Of a stretch of 64,000 nt of DNA, positions 46,150 to 54,747 are shown in pieces. The notes beneath the pieces are model-generated. The model searched no databases, was not told the DNA's origin, and was given only the letters and a program-made list of their open reading frames with translations. The translations under genes and the position numbers were made by a program. This stretch comes from Candidatus Pacebacteria bacterium UBA6180 (GTDB lineage: Bacteria; Patescibacteriota; Microgenomatia; UBA1400; PJMF01): the NCBI GenBank assembly GCA_002422165.1, contig DITQ01000006.1, positions 25,384 to 89,383 of the forward strand, read 5' to 3'. Each line of letters opens with the position of its first letter. Within the stretch, counting starts at the first letter, position 1.

Positions 46150-49101
46150 TTACTTGTCTTTAATGTCACGTGAAAAATCAATAGCAAAAAGGAAATGGTC
46201 TAAATTGTCATTATTAAAAATTAAAGTTTTGTTTTGATAGGTGCCGCTAGGAGCAACTAGCTGAGGGTGCAGATCTTCATCAAAAACAATTCGATAAACT
46301 GTTTTTTTATCAAGAATGCCCGCCTGTTTCTGATCAAAGAAAACATAGGAAAAATCAGCCTGAGCAGAGTTGGGCACCGTGTAAACAATAAGCAAGTCAG
46401 CGCTCTGCTGGTTTGGAACGTTAATTGTTAAGCTTAGCTGAGAGCGATCATCTCTTCTGTTTAGAACCATGTTTTCTTCTCCAAGCCTTTGACCATTTAG
46501 CTCAACCTTTTCTAAATCGGCGTCCGGGTGGAAATAAAACCGCAAAAAGCCCCGGTACTCTCCAAGAGGCCAAAGATTGCTTGTACTTGAGTTCTCAAAA
46601 ACTATTTTGCGTCGATGACGAATAAAATCAGCGGTAATCCCGATGTCGTGGCTGATTTCTCTGCTAATCATCGCGCTTACTTTGTTCGTTGAAACATTAG
46701 CTTCTAGTTGAAAAAATGAATCTGTTAGACAGCTTTCTTGTTTAAATTCCACAGGACAAGCCGCTTCAATTTTCTGGCCGCCCCAGGAGTTAATTTCTAT
46801 ACTTTGAGCAAGAGCTTGATTTGTGGAATAAAACAACAACTCTCGCTGATTTAAAGAATTTCGCAAAACATTCATTGTGTCAAAAAACTGCCCTTCACTT
46901 AGGCTCACTATTTTCTCCAGCACTTTTCTAGCAAGTTGCCAACTAGTGCGCAGTTCGCCTCGAATTTCATGGTCAGACAAAGCTTTATTGCGCAAGATTT
47001 CTAAATAATTGCCCTGGTTAATTTTTAATTCCTCTTGTACGTCTACTCCACCCCATGAGGCCAAGAGTTCTGACATTGTCTTAGAGTTAAGAGCCACAAA
47101 AAAGCCAATTCTTTGACCCAGGGATTGCTCAAAAAACCAAGCTATGTCTAAGCTGGCCAGAGCGAAATCTCCCTCCCAGTTGGCGTCGTGCAAATAAAAA
47201 ACCTCCTCCGACAAAACTCTCTTGATTTCTTCTGGTGCCGCCCTACTTCCATAAACTCGATCTCCTAGCTCGTCAATTGAATAAACTTGCTTGTCGATCA
47301 GAAAACCCTTTTCAAAACTCAGGATAATCGCTTCTGTTAAAAAACCACCAGAAGCACGAAGCTCGTTGCTGTCTTGCACCAGAATCAGAACGTTCGTTCT
47401 CCCCTGCTCCAGCAAAGCGACGGAAAAAGCCTCTAAAAACCTTTTTGCCTGCAAAGAATCTTTCAACTCGGCCTTATTCTCCTCCAGCTTAAAATTCCAA
47501 AACTGCTGCTCTTCCCCTTCATACAAATCTAGGTTTAAATCTGCCAGGTAAGCTCCAAGCTCTCTCTGAGCTGCAATTTTATTGTCCAGTGATGACAGCG
47601 CATCTTCCCAGGCTGCAGACAGATCGAATCCTCCTTCTAGAGTTTTTTTATAAAGCTGATAGCTGTTGAGGCGATAATTTCTGGAGGCCGGCACTAAATT
47701 TGAAAGAGCTGTCTTTAGCTGTACGAGGTCGGCAGCGCCGGTCAAGCTCTCTTCCAATAAATACTTCCTGTATTGCTGGTGTTGAAAATAAAAAACAGAA
47801 TAAAGAATTGATTCATCAATCTTTTCAATTGATTCTCCGTTGTTTTTAACCGCCAAGAAAAGCTGTTTTTGCAAGAGCTTTTGGCTATAAGAAAACAACA
47901 GTGCCAAGAAAAGGACAGTAAAGCCAAGAATAGAAACTGTTAGGCCAATGCCAAACAACCACCTCCTTTTTTTAGTTTTTTTAATAATCTTCTCGCCCTG
48001 TTCAATATTTTTTTCTTGACGAACTTGTTTCTCTAGGTTGCGATGAGAAGAAAACAATTCTTCAATTTTTCCGGTCAACTCCTCGCCTCCAAACTCTTCC
48101 TGAGGCTCGCTGAGGGGCTTCTTTCGGGGATTTTTAAACAAACTAAACAAGTTGTAGCTGAAAGGTTTTTTAAAGTCCTTTTGAGCCTCTTTTTGCAGTT
48201 TTTTTTGGTTTTCTTTCACGCTTTCTACAGTAGCAGCCCTTATAGCTTCGAGGGATGCTTTTGAGCCCTGCGCGGATCTCTGGAGATGGGGAATAAGCCT
48301 GATTTTTTGATCAACCAACGCTTCAATTTTTGATCCGCTGTTTTTAACTAGAGTAAACTCATTTAAAAAATCAGCCTTTTTTACTTCACTAAAAATTTGA
48401 AAGGTTTTTAGTTTTTTCTGGAAATATTGTTCGTAGAGACCAGCGGTCTTCTTTAGCAAAGCAGTCGACAAAACAGCCCTGCCTCTTAATAAAAACCTAT
48501 CTGGAATATGAGGCTTTATTAAACGCAGCTTAATCGTCCCGAAGAAACTAGCCTCATCCTGAAAATAAAACTTTTTTTGTGGGTCAATTAAGCCGTTTTG
48601 TTGAAGCGCTGAAAAAAAGAATAGAAGGGGATAGGTGATTTTTTCTTGAGTTAAAAGCAAATCTTGCGCCAAAAAAACCTGAGACTGAGGAAATTTCTTC
48701 AAAAAACCAGCCAAAAAATTGGTTTGTTTGGATAAGAAATCATTGTATTCTCGATCTAATTCTTCAACCGTCTCGATGAAGCTACAGACTTCTGAAAGCA
48801 AAATCGTAGGAACAACTTGACTTTGTTTCTCGTTAATTTTATCAACCAAAGAAAAAACTTCCAGATAAAAGTCTGGCAAAATCCGACCAAAACCGCACAA
48901 CAAGACAATCTTGTAAATCTGCCTGTTTTGTTTCAAAAAGTCCCGAGCCTGATCAAAAAAAGACTCGTCGAGGAATATGGTTCTGGTTTCCAGAGAGCTT
49001 GTCTGCAAAAAATCCTCAATCAGCCTGCTCAGCTGAAGCCTTGGCTCGCTTAAAATTAAAACCAGTGGTTGATCTGCTTCCAACCGAGAAAGAGTTTTCA
49101 T
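46150..49101 (-). CDS. large hypothetical membrane protein (983 aa; central TM, big C-terminal extracytoplasmic domain)
   Basis: Lys/Glu-rich coiled-coil-like N-terminal third, TM RRWLFGIGLTVSILGFTVLFLALLF, C-terminal 550-aa domain containing RASGGFLTEAIILSF. Family not recognised. Confidence 0.4.
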   Translation of the reverse strand: MKTLSRLEADQPLVLILSEPRLQLSRLIEDFLQTSSLETRTIFLDESFFDQARDFLKQNRQIYKIVLLCGFGRILPDFYLEVFSLVDKINEKQSQVVPTILLSEVCSFIETVEELDREYNDFLSKQTNFLAGFLKKFPQSQVFLAQDLLLTQEKITYPLLFFFSALQQNGLIDPQKKFYFQDEASFFGTIKLRLIKPHIPDRFLLRGRAVLSTALLKKTAGLYEQYFQKKLKTFQIFSEVKKADFLNEFTLVKNSGSKIEALVDQKIRLIPHLQRSAQGSKASLEAIRAATVESVKENQKKLQKEAQKDFKKPFSYNLFSLFKNPRKKPLSEPQEEFGGEELTGKIEELFSSHRNLEKQVRQEKNIEQGEKIIKKTKKRRWLFGIGLTVSILGFTVLFLALLFSYSQKLLQKQLFLAVKNNGESIEKIDESILYSVFYFQHQQYRKYLLEESLTGAADLVQLKTALSNLVPASRNYRLNSYQLYKKTLEGGFDLSAAWEDALSSLDNKIAAQRELGAYLADLNLDLYEGEEQQFWNFKLEENKAELKDSLQAKRFLEAFSVALLEQGRTNVLILVQDSNELRASGGFLTEAIILSFEKGFLIDKQVYSIDELGDRVYGSRAAPEEIKRVLSEEVFYLHDANWEGDFALASLDIAWFFEQSLGQRIGFFVALNSKTMSELLASWGGVDVQEELKINQGNYLEILRNKALSDHEIRGELRTSWQLARKVLEKIVSLSEGQFFDTMNVLRNSLNQRELLFYSTNQALAQSIEINSWGGQKIEAACPVEFKQESCLTDSFFQLEANVSTNKVSAMISREISHDIGITADFIRHRRKIVFENSSTSNLWPLGEYRGFLRFYFHPDADLEKVELNGQRLGEENMVLNRRDDRSQLSLTINVPNQQSADLLIVYTVPNSAQADFSYVFFDQKQAGILDKKTVYRIVFDEDLHPQLVAPSGTYQNKTLIFNNDNLDHFLFAIDFSRDIKDK

Positions 49102-49113
49102 CTAGGAAACATT

Positions 49114-49545
49114 TTAAACTAAAGCGTCATCCATTGCTTGATTGGCTAAAGCATCCGCCCGTTTGTTTTCTTCTCTGGGAACATACTTAATCTGCCAAGA
49201 GCAGTGGGGGAGAGCGTCCAACGCTTGCCAGTTTTGTTTGGCTAGATCCAACAGGCGAGCTTCCTTAATCTTCCAGCGCTTATTCATTTGTTCTACAACC
49301 AGCTTAGAGTCGAGGAGAAAAATTAAATCAAATTCCCGACCTTGCTTGGGCAAATAATTCTTCAAAAACTCAAGAGATGCTTGCAGTGCCAAGTATTCAG
49401 CTTCATTATTGGTCTTATGACCCAAAAAGTGAGATGTTTTGGAAATTTCCCGACCTTGCTCATCGCAGACATAAATCCCTGCTCCAGCTGGTCCGGGGTT
49501 GCCTCTCGCCCCACCGTCAGTATAAATCGATATTTTTTTCCGCAT
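49114..49545 (-). CDS. rnhA: ribonuclease HI
   Basis: ISIYTDGGARGNPGPAGAGIYV and TNNEAEYLALQASLEF carry the catalytic D/E residues of RNase H. Confidence 0.85.
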   Translation of the reverse strand: MRKKISIYTDGGARGNPGPAGAGIYVCDEQGREISKTSHFLGHKTNNEAEYLALQASLEFLKNYLPKQGREFDLIFLLDSKLVVEQMNKRWKIKEARLLDLAKQNWQALDALPHCSWQIKYVPREENKRADALANQAMDDALV

Positions 49546-49580
49546 ATTTACCGCTTTATTAACGCAAGCTCAAGAGGGGG

Positions 49581-50036
49581 TTATTTTTTTAACCGGATTA
49601 ATAAAACCCGCTCATCATCGCGATCCTCAGAAACACTCTCCACTTCATTTAAGTCGTCTTGCTCGATAAGCATACTGTGCACCAGATATCGCTCATAGGA
49701 ATTAAGACCTCTCAACTCTTCCGTCTCTCCGGTTTCGACAACGCGACGAGCTAAATCTAAAGCCTCTTCCTTAAGCTTATTCTCGGTTGCTCCTCTATAA
49801 TCATTAATGTCCAACATAATTCGTTTGTCTTTATAATCCTCCTTAAAAGACAGCTTTGTTAAAAGCTCAATTGCCTCTAGTGTTTCACCATAATTACCTA
49901 TCAAAAGTGCTGCGTCGTCAGATGGGACTGAAATCATTACCCTGAGGCGTTCATTGGTTTCCTGCAAAACAATCTCAAATTCATCATCAACTCCGAGATG
50001 TTTGATTAGTTTTTCCAAATATTCTTGAATTTTCAT
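49581..50036 (-). CDS. jag: Jag/KhpB-like RNA-binding protein (KH + R3H domains)
   Basis: R3H region LNSYERYLVHSMLIEQDDL. Position immediately downstream of yidC, as in the conserved rnpA-yidD-yidC-jag cluster. Confidence 0.7.
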   Translation of the reverse strand: MKIQEYLEKLIKHLGVDDEFEIVLQETNERLRVMISVPSDDAALLIGNYGETLEAIELLTKLSFKEDYKDKRIMLDINDYRGATENKLKEEALDLARRVVETGETEELRGLNSYERYLVHSMLIEQDDLNEVESVSEDRDDERVLLIRLKK

Positions 50037-50038
50037 GT

Positions 50039-50995
50039 TTACCTCCTGTTCTTGTTTTTTCTTTTTGACTTGGTGGCTCGCTTATTTTTAGGCTTTATGG
50101 GACTCGTGTTCCCTCCCAACCCTTGTAGTGCTCCAGCTAAAGACTCGCTTTCGCTTTGTTTTGTAAAAAAAGATTTCTTTTTAAGATGAATTTTTTTAGG
50201 AATAAGAGTTAACGTTTTATTGGTATTTTCAGTCAAGAACTTCCCCTTTAGAGGGCCGTAGGCGGCAACATATCTGTTCCAATAAGTTGTTAGTCCGCCC
50301 CAACCAGAAGCAAAATACTGAGTAATCATAGTAACAATTGTTCCAACCACCCAGTACAGAGCAAGCCCTGAGGGAAGTTTCATGGCTATTACGGCAGTCA
50401 TGATGGGCATCAGAAAAACCATCTGCTGCTGCATGGTGACAGCCATCTCAGCAATATCTTCCTCTTTACGATTGGCCTCTTGGACAGATTTAGACTTAGA
50501 GTCATTAGGAACGATGTCTCTGGTTTGAGTAGCAGGCAAAATCATTAAAGACAGTAAAAACTGAGTGATTCCTGCAATTATTGGCAAAACGTAAGTTTGA
50601 TCAAACTGACTTAAGTTAACCCAGAGGAAATGAAGGTTGAGCGTACCTCCATCTTCGTTAAAAAGAGCGATAATGCTCTGATAGAGAACAATTAAAATAA
50701 AAAGCTGCAGAAGTTGAGGTAGACAGCCGGCTAAAGGATTTATGTTATAACTCTTATAGAGAGCCGCTTGAGCCAACGCTAGTGCCTGTTTGTCTTTACC
50801 ATGTTTAAGTTTTAATTTTTTAATCTCTGGCTGGAGCTCTTGAATTTTTTTACTTGACTTAATGCTGGGCAGTGTTAATGGTAAAAGCACCAGGCGGATT
50901 AGAATTGTAAAAACAATAATTGTAACCCCCAGGTTGCCAAAGATGGAGTAAAGAAAAATTAAAATCGCTTGAAAGAAATTGGTGAATAAGTCCAT
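50039..50995 (-). CDS. yidC: membrane protein insertase YidC (short Gram-positive-type)
   Basis: MDLFTNFFQAILIFLYSIFGNLGVTIIVFTILIRL and GCLPQLLQLFILIVLYQ (compare GCLPMLIQMPIF). Start trimmed from the ORF track to avoid a 125-nt overlap with yidD. Confidence 0.85.
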   Translation of the reverse strand: MDLFTNFFQAILIFLYSIFGNLGVTIIVFTILIRLVLLPLTLPSIKSSKKIQELQPEIKKLKLKHGKDKQALALAQAALYKSYNINPLAGCLPQLLQLFILIVLYQSIIALFNEDGGTLNLHFLWVNLSQFDQTYVLPIIAGITQFLLSLMILPATQTRDIVPNDSKSKSVQEANRKEEDIAEMAVTMQQQMVFLMPIMTAVIAMKLPSGLALYWVVGTIVTMITQYFASGWGGLTTYWNRYVAAYGPLKGKFLTENTNKTLTLIPKKIHLKKKSFFTKQSESESLAGALQGLGGNTSPIKPKNKRATKSKRKNKNRR

Positions 50996-51002
50996 AGTGT
51001 GT

Positions 51003-51200
51003 TTATTTGCAATGCAAGACCCTCCATAAACCTCGCAACAACCCGACAATTGTACCATTTTTTTTGATTTGCAAGGCGGTATATTCGCTGCAACTAGGAT
51101 TTTGATGACAGGCCGGACTATAACCAAACAAAGAAAACAACAAGTGGTGCTTAAAGCTATTTAAAAACTGATAAAAATTACCTGGAGATTTCATTTTCAA
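51003..51200 (-). CDS. yidD: membrane protein insertion efficiency factor YidD
   Basis: LFGYSPACHQNPSCSEYTALQIKKNGTIVGLLRGLWRVLHC matches the YidD C...C.Y...G...G......R..RC pattern. Confidence 0.7.
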   Translation of the reverse strand: MKMKSPGNFYQFLNSFKHHLLFSLFGYSPACHQNPSCSEYTALQIKKNGTIVGLLRGLWRVLHCK

Positions 51201-51546
51201 TTTTTTGCAACAAACGATTAAAGTCTTTTTCCAAATTAATAACCTCAGTGCCTGTATTAAAATCTCTCTTTAAAACAATCACTAAATCAATTTTTTTCTC
51301 AAGCGAAAATGCTTTACTTAAGATTGCTTTCTCCAAAAAAGAGTAGAGAAGACGACGATAAAAATTTCTTTTACTGGCTTTTTTAAAAATAGTTTTCGGA
51401 ACCAAGCAGCTGGCGAGCAATTGTTGATCGTTGGGACGAAAATAGGCTAACAAAGAGTTAGAACTAGCAAATTTCGAACTCTCTCTACTAAAAATTGCTG
51501 AATTTTTCTCCAGAGCGAGATTAAGGCGGTTTTTTTTGGCTATCAT
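51178..51546 (-). CDS. rnpA: ribonuclease P protein component
   Basis: Basic 122-aa protein with KKNRLNL...FSRE...KRNFYRRLL, located between rpmH and yidD. Confidence 0.75.
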   Translation of the reverse strand: MIAKKNRLNLALEKNSAIFSRESSKFASSNSLLAYFRPNDQQLLASCLVPKTIFKKASKRNFYRRLLYSFLEKAILSKAFSLEKKIDLVIVLKRDFNTGTEVINLEKDFNRLLQKIENEISR

Positions 51547-51563
51547 TTAAATTATGACGAGTT

Positions 51564-51710
51564 TTACCAGTGCTTGGCCACCGCTAGCTTCTTGCGGTTT
51601 TTAGCACGACGTCTTTTGATAACAACTTGACCGGTAATGGTTTTCATTCTCTGTAAAAAACCGTGCATTCTCATGCGTTTTTTCTTCTTAGGATTCCATG
51701 TTCTTTTCAT
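51564..51710 (-). CDS. rpmH: 50S ribosomal protein L34 (below the ORF-track length cutoff)
   Basis: Manual translation of the reverse strand gives [48 protein letters not shown] (48 aa). Canonical position upstream of rnpA. Confidence 0.9.
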   Translation of the reverse strand: MKRTWNPKKKKRMRMHGFLQRMKTITGQVVIKRRRAKNRKKLAVAKHW

Positions 51711-51737
51711 AGACTAGGGATTATAACACGCCAAACC

Positions 51738-52847
51738 TCAACTGTTAACTCTAAAAGGCATAGCTATATGGAAGTAGTCCTTGGTTTTTTTATCTCTAAA
51801 CATGGCTGGTTTCAGACTCTCGTTCATCGAAAACTCCAAAAGCTCTGGTTTGGTGGCGACGATAAAATCGACCAAATAATTAACATTAAAAGCAATCTCT
51901 CCGGTTTCCTTGGTTTTATTATCAATATCTATTTCACTAGAGTACTCTCCAAGAGAAGCAGACTGAGAATTAATCAACATTTTATCCTGCTCAACCCTAA
52001 ACTTAACAATATTTGAAGCATCTCTAGAAAAAATGGATGCTCTTTTAAGCTCGGTTAAAAATTCTTCACTATCAAATTCGATTTTAACCGTGAAACTTGG
52101 TGGGATAATTTTTTCATAAGGAGGAAAATCACCCTCAATCAAACGAACATACATCTCCACGTGAGCAAATTTAAAAAGAAGTTGCTTTAATTCATCCGAA
52201 ACAAAAATATCAATCAGCTCTGCCTCAGCTTGCTTAGCTATTCTATTTAGCTCCCCAAGAGCCTTGGCAGGAATCAAAACCGTTCTTTCTTGCTCTAAAA
52301 CAATATCTTTAAACAAAAGACTGCTGAGACGAAAGCCGTCTGTAGAAACAACCTCCAGACCATCTTTCTTAAAATTAAATAAAATCGAAGTTAAAACCGG
52401 TCTCGTCTGATCGGAGCTAGCACAAAAAGATACCAGGCTCTGAATTTTCTCCAAACTAGAAAGACTGATTGTCAAAGAATCTTCTTTTAGTACTGGAAAT
52501 TCTGGAAACTCATCGCTCCTCTGACAAGTCAGCTTACTAAGCGTTTTGCCCTGACTGACAACTAGAGAGTTTTCTTGTAGCTCTATATCTATTTTGCCAG
52601 CCATCAGCGAATTAATAAGGTTTCTAAACAATTCTCCATTTATAATCAGCTCTCCTTCTACTTCAACCTCTGCCATTAATTCTGTTTTGACACCCAAATA
52701 AAGATCTGTGGCTGACAGAACGACCTTGTTGTCTTTAGCTTTAATAAGTATAGAAGACAAAACAGCTATTTGAGGTTTGCTGGGAATAACCTTTTGCAAA
52801 TGATTGAGTGAGTTTTTTAAGTTTTCCGATAGAATTCTGAGTTTCAT
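51738..52847 (-). CDS. dnaN: DNA polymerase III subunit beta
   Basis: MKLRILSENLKNSLNHLQKVIPSK...LSSILIKAKDNKVVLSATDLYLGV. 369 aa. Immediately downstream of dnaA. Confidence 0.9.
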   Translation of the reverse strand: MKLRILSENLKNSLNHLQKVIPSKPQIAVLSSILIKAKDNKVVLSATDLYLGVKTELMAEVEVEGELIINGELFRNLINSLMAGKIDIELQENSLVVSQGKTLSKLTCQRSDEFPEFPVLKEDSLTISLSSLEKIQSLVSFCASSDQTRPVLTSILFNFKKDGLEVVSTDGFRLSSLLFKDIVLEQERTVLIPAKALGELNRIAKQAEAELIDIFVSDELKQLLFKFAHVEMYVRLIEGDFPPYEKIIPPSFTVKIEFDSEEFLTELKRASIFSRDASNIVKFRVEQDKMLINSQSASLGEYSSEIDIDNKTKETGEIAFNVNYLVDFIVATKPELLEFSMNESLKPAMFRDKKTKDYFHIAMPFRVNS

Positions 52848-53154
52848 ATATTTCTTTAATTAATTATATCTTTTTAGTAGTTGTAGTAGTAGGGGTTGTG
52901 TAAAAGTTGACATTTTGTTTATTCTAATCTTAAACGTAGTCAGTGTTTGTTGTTTATAAAAGGCGGTTTTTTGTTGATTATTTTGTTAATTATTGTTAAT
53001 TGTCGTTCATAAAATTAAAACCTTTTGAACAGTCCTATAATGTTTTTACGCTATTGTTAACAAGGTTTTAACTCTTTATTCACAGGTTTTTCCACATTTG
53101 TGAAAAAACACCCCGCTGAAGGACTACAATGGGCAAAAATAACCCAAGCATCAA
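52848..53154. promoter_or_regulatory. dnaA-dnaN intergenic oriC candidate: AT-rich unwinding region plus DnaA-box cluster
   Basis: DnaA-box-like 9-mers ttattcaca (53076-84), ttttccaca (53088-96) and inverted tgtgaaaaa (53099-107). Upstream AT-rich stretch with repeated ttgttaattattgttaattgt (about 52900-53030). Confidence 0.55.
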
Positions 53155-54648
53155 TTAATTTGAAATAGCCATTAAAGACATTTTCATCGCTGAAACATCT
53201 TGTTGGATATTATAGTCTAAAATAATTTCCTGCTCTATTTTTTTAACAGCATGAATAACGCTACTATGGTCTCTTCCGGAGAACCACTGACCAATTTCCT
53301 CGAGAGGGATTTGCAACTCATTGCGCAATAAAAACATAGCTACATGGCGAGCTCTAACAAGATCCTTGCTTCTTCTTTTACCGCGAACGGCGCTCTGCTT
53401 GATTCGATAATGGTTAGCTACTGTTTTGATAATGTCTTGAGGTTTGGCGCGGATAATCTTCTGTTGGTTTTGGCGCATTTCGCCCTGGAGAATTTTATCA
53501 ATCAGTGTCGAATCTAGACTTAAGCCCTGAAGTTCGACTCCAGACCTGATTTTTTTAATGATACCCTCGATTCTCCTGGCACTGTCAACTTGAGAAGCAA
53601 TTTTCTGTGCCAACTCGATAGGAATGTTTAGCTTACTTGCCTGAGCTTTGAGTAGGAAAATGGCGGTGCGCAGTTCGAAGGTGGGCTGCTGAATATCAAT
53701 CATTAGGCCGGCTTCAAAACGAGAGCGAAGACGGTCTTCTAGGAGGCTAATTTCTTGAGGGGGGCGATCAGAAGTGAGGATAATTTGAGAATTGATAGAG
53801 GTTAGAGCATTGAAGGTGTGAAAAAATTCTTCTTGAACCGAAGTTTTGCCAGCAATAAACTGAATGTCGTCGAGCAGTAGGAGTTTGGTTTTGCGGTATT
53901 TGTTTTTGAGCTGTAGGGTGTTGTGGCTTTTAATAGCCCTAACTATTTCATTTGTAAATTGTTCTCCAGAGGCATAGATTATTTCTGTTTCTGGGTTGCT
54001 GCTTAGGATGTGGTTGGCGACGGCGTGAATTAAGTGAGTCTTGCCAACCCCAACCCCACCATAGAGAAAAAGGGGGTTGTAGCTGGTGCCAGGATTGTTG
54101 GCAACGGCTGTTGCTGCTGCATGAGCCATTTCGTTGCTCGAGGACACGGCAAAACTTTTAAAGGTGTAGTCTTCACGCAAGCCAATTTGCTGAATCCTGG
54201 TTTTGAGGCGATCTACAGTATTACTATTAATGTTAGCTTTAGAAAACAACTCTTCTACAGTAGGAGAGCTGGAGGTTCCAGATTCTGGAAAGCTTTTATT
54301 GTCAGAAAGAGCTCTCTTGAGCTCGCCATAATTTTGATGATTACTGCGAATACTTCCTTGATTTAAGTCGGAGACGACAAACTCTATTTCTAAAGGCTTG
54401 TTGATGTATTTTTCAAGAGAAGTTTTAATTTGTCCATACAAATTAACCTTGAGGTTGGTGACGTGAAAGGCGGTCATGCAGTTGATGGTGGCAACAGCTT
54501 TTTGATCGTCGACAACTCTAATGGCACTAAGCGGACTAGGGGCGATCCAGGTATTAAAAAAAGCAGGGCTCAAGCTAGATTCTAAGTCAGACTTGGCCAT
54601 TTGCCAGATCTGTTTAATGGTTTCAGAGTCGTAGACTTGTTCCGACAT
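53155..54648 (-). CDS. dnaA: chromosomal replication initiator protein DnaA
   Basis: Walker A LFLYGGVGVGKTHLIHAV, sensor motifs, C-terminal DnaA-box-binding helix-turn-helix RARHVAMFLLRNEL...SGRDHSSVIHAVKKIE. Confidence 0.95.
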   Translation of the reverse strand: MSEQVYDSETIKQIWQMAKSDLESSLSPAFFNTWIAPSPLSAIRVVDDQKAVATINCMTAFHVTNLKVNLYGQIKTSLEKYINKPLEIEFVVSDLNQGSIRSNHQNYGELKRALSDNKSFPESGTSSSPTVEELFSKANINSNTVDRLKTRIQQIGLREDYTFKSFAVSSSNEMAHAAATAVANNPGTSYNPLFLYGGVGVGKTHLIHAVANHILSSNPETEIIYASGEQFTNEIVRAIKSHNTLQLKNKYRKTKLLLLDDIQFIAGKTSVQEEFFHTFNALTSINSQIILTSDRPPQEISLLEDRLRSRFEAGLMIDIQQPTFELRTAIFLLKAQASKLNIPIELAQKIASQVDSARRIEGIIKKIRSGVELQGLSLDSTLIDKILQGEMRQNQQKIIRAKPQDIIKTVANHYRIKQSAVRGKRRSKDLVRARHVAMFLLRNELQIPLEEIGQWFSGRDHSSVIHAVKKIEQEIILDYNIQQDVSAMKMSLMAISN

Positions 54649-54747
54649 ACGTTTGTTCCAATCTCTAGGGCAGTAAAAATAAAAAAATCAAAAGAATAGA
54701 ATTAGCACTCTTATACACAAAGTTTTCCACAATTGGCAAGGGGCAAT
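54649..54747. promoter_or_regulatory. dnaA upstream region with two DnaA boxes
   Basis: ttatacaca (54711-19) and ttttccaca (54723-31), both within 1 mismatch of TTATCCACA. Confidence 0.45.

Noticed and set aside
50996-51127. ORF-track N-terminal extension of yidC overlapping yidD by 125 nt
   Set aside because: The canonical short-YidC start MDLFTNFF lies at 50995. The extension lacks YidC-like sequence and yidD occupies that DNA in another frame.
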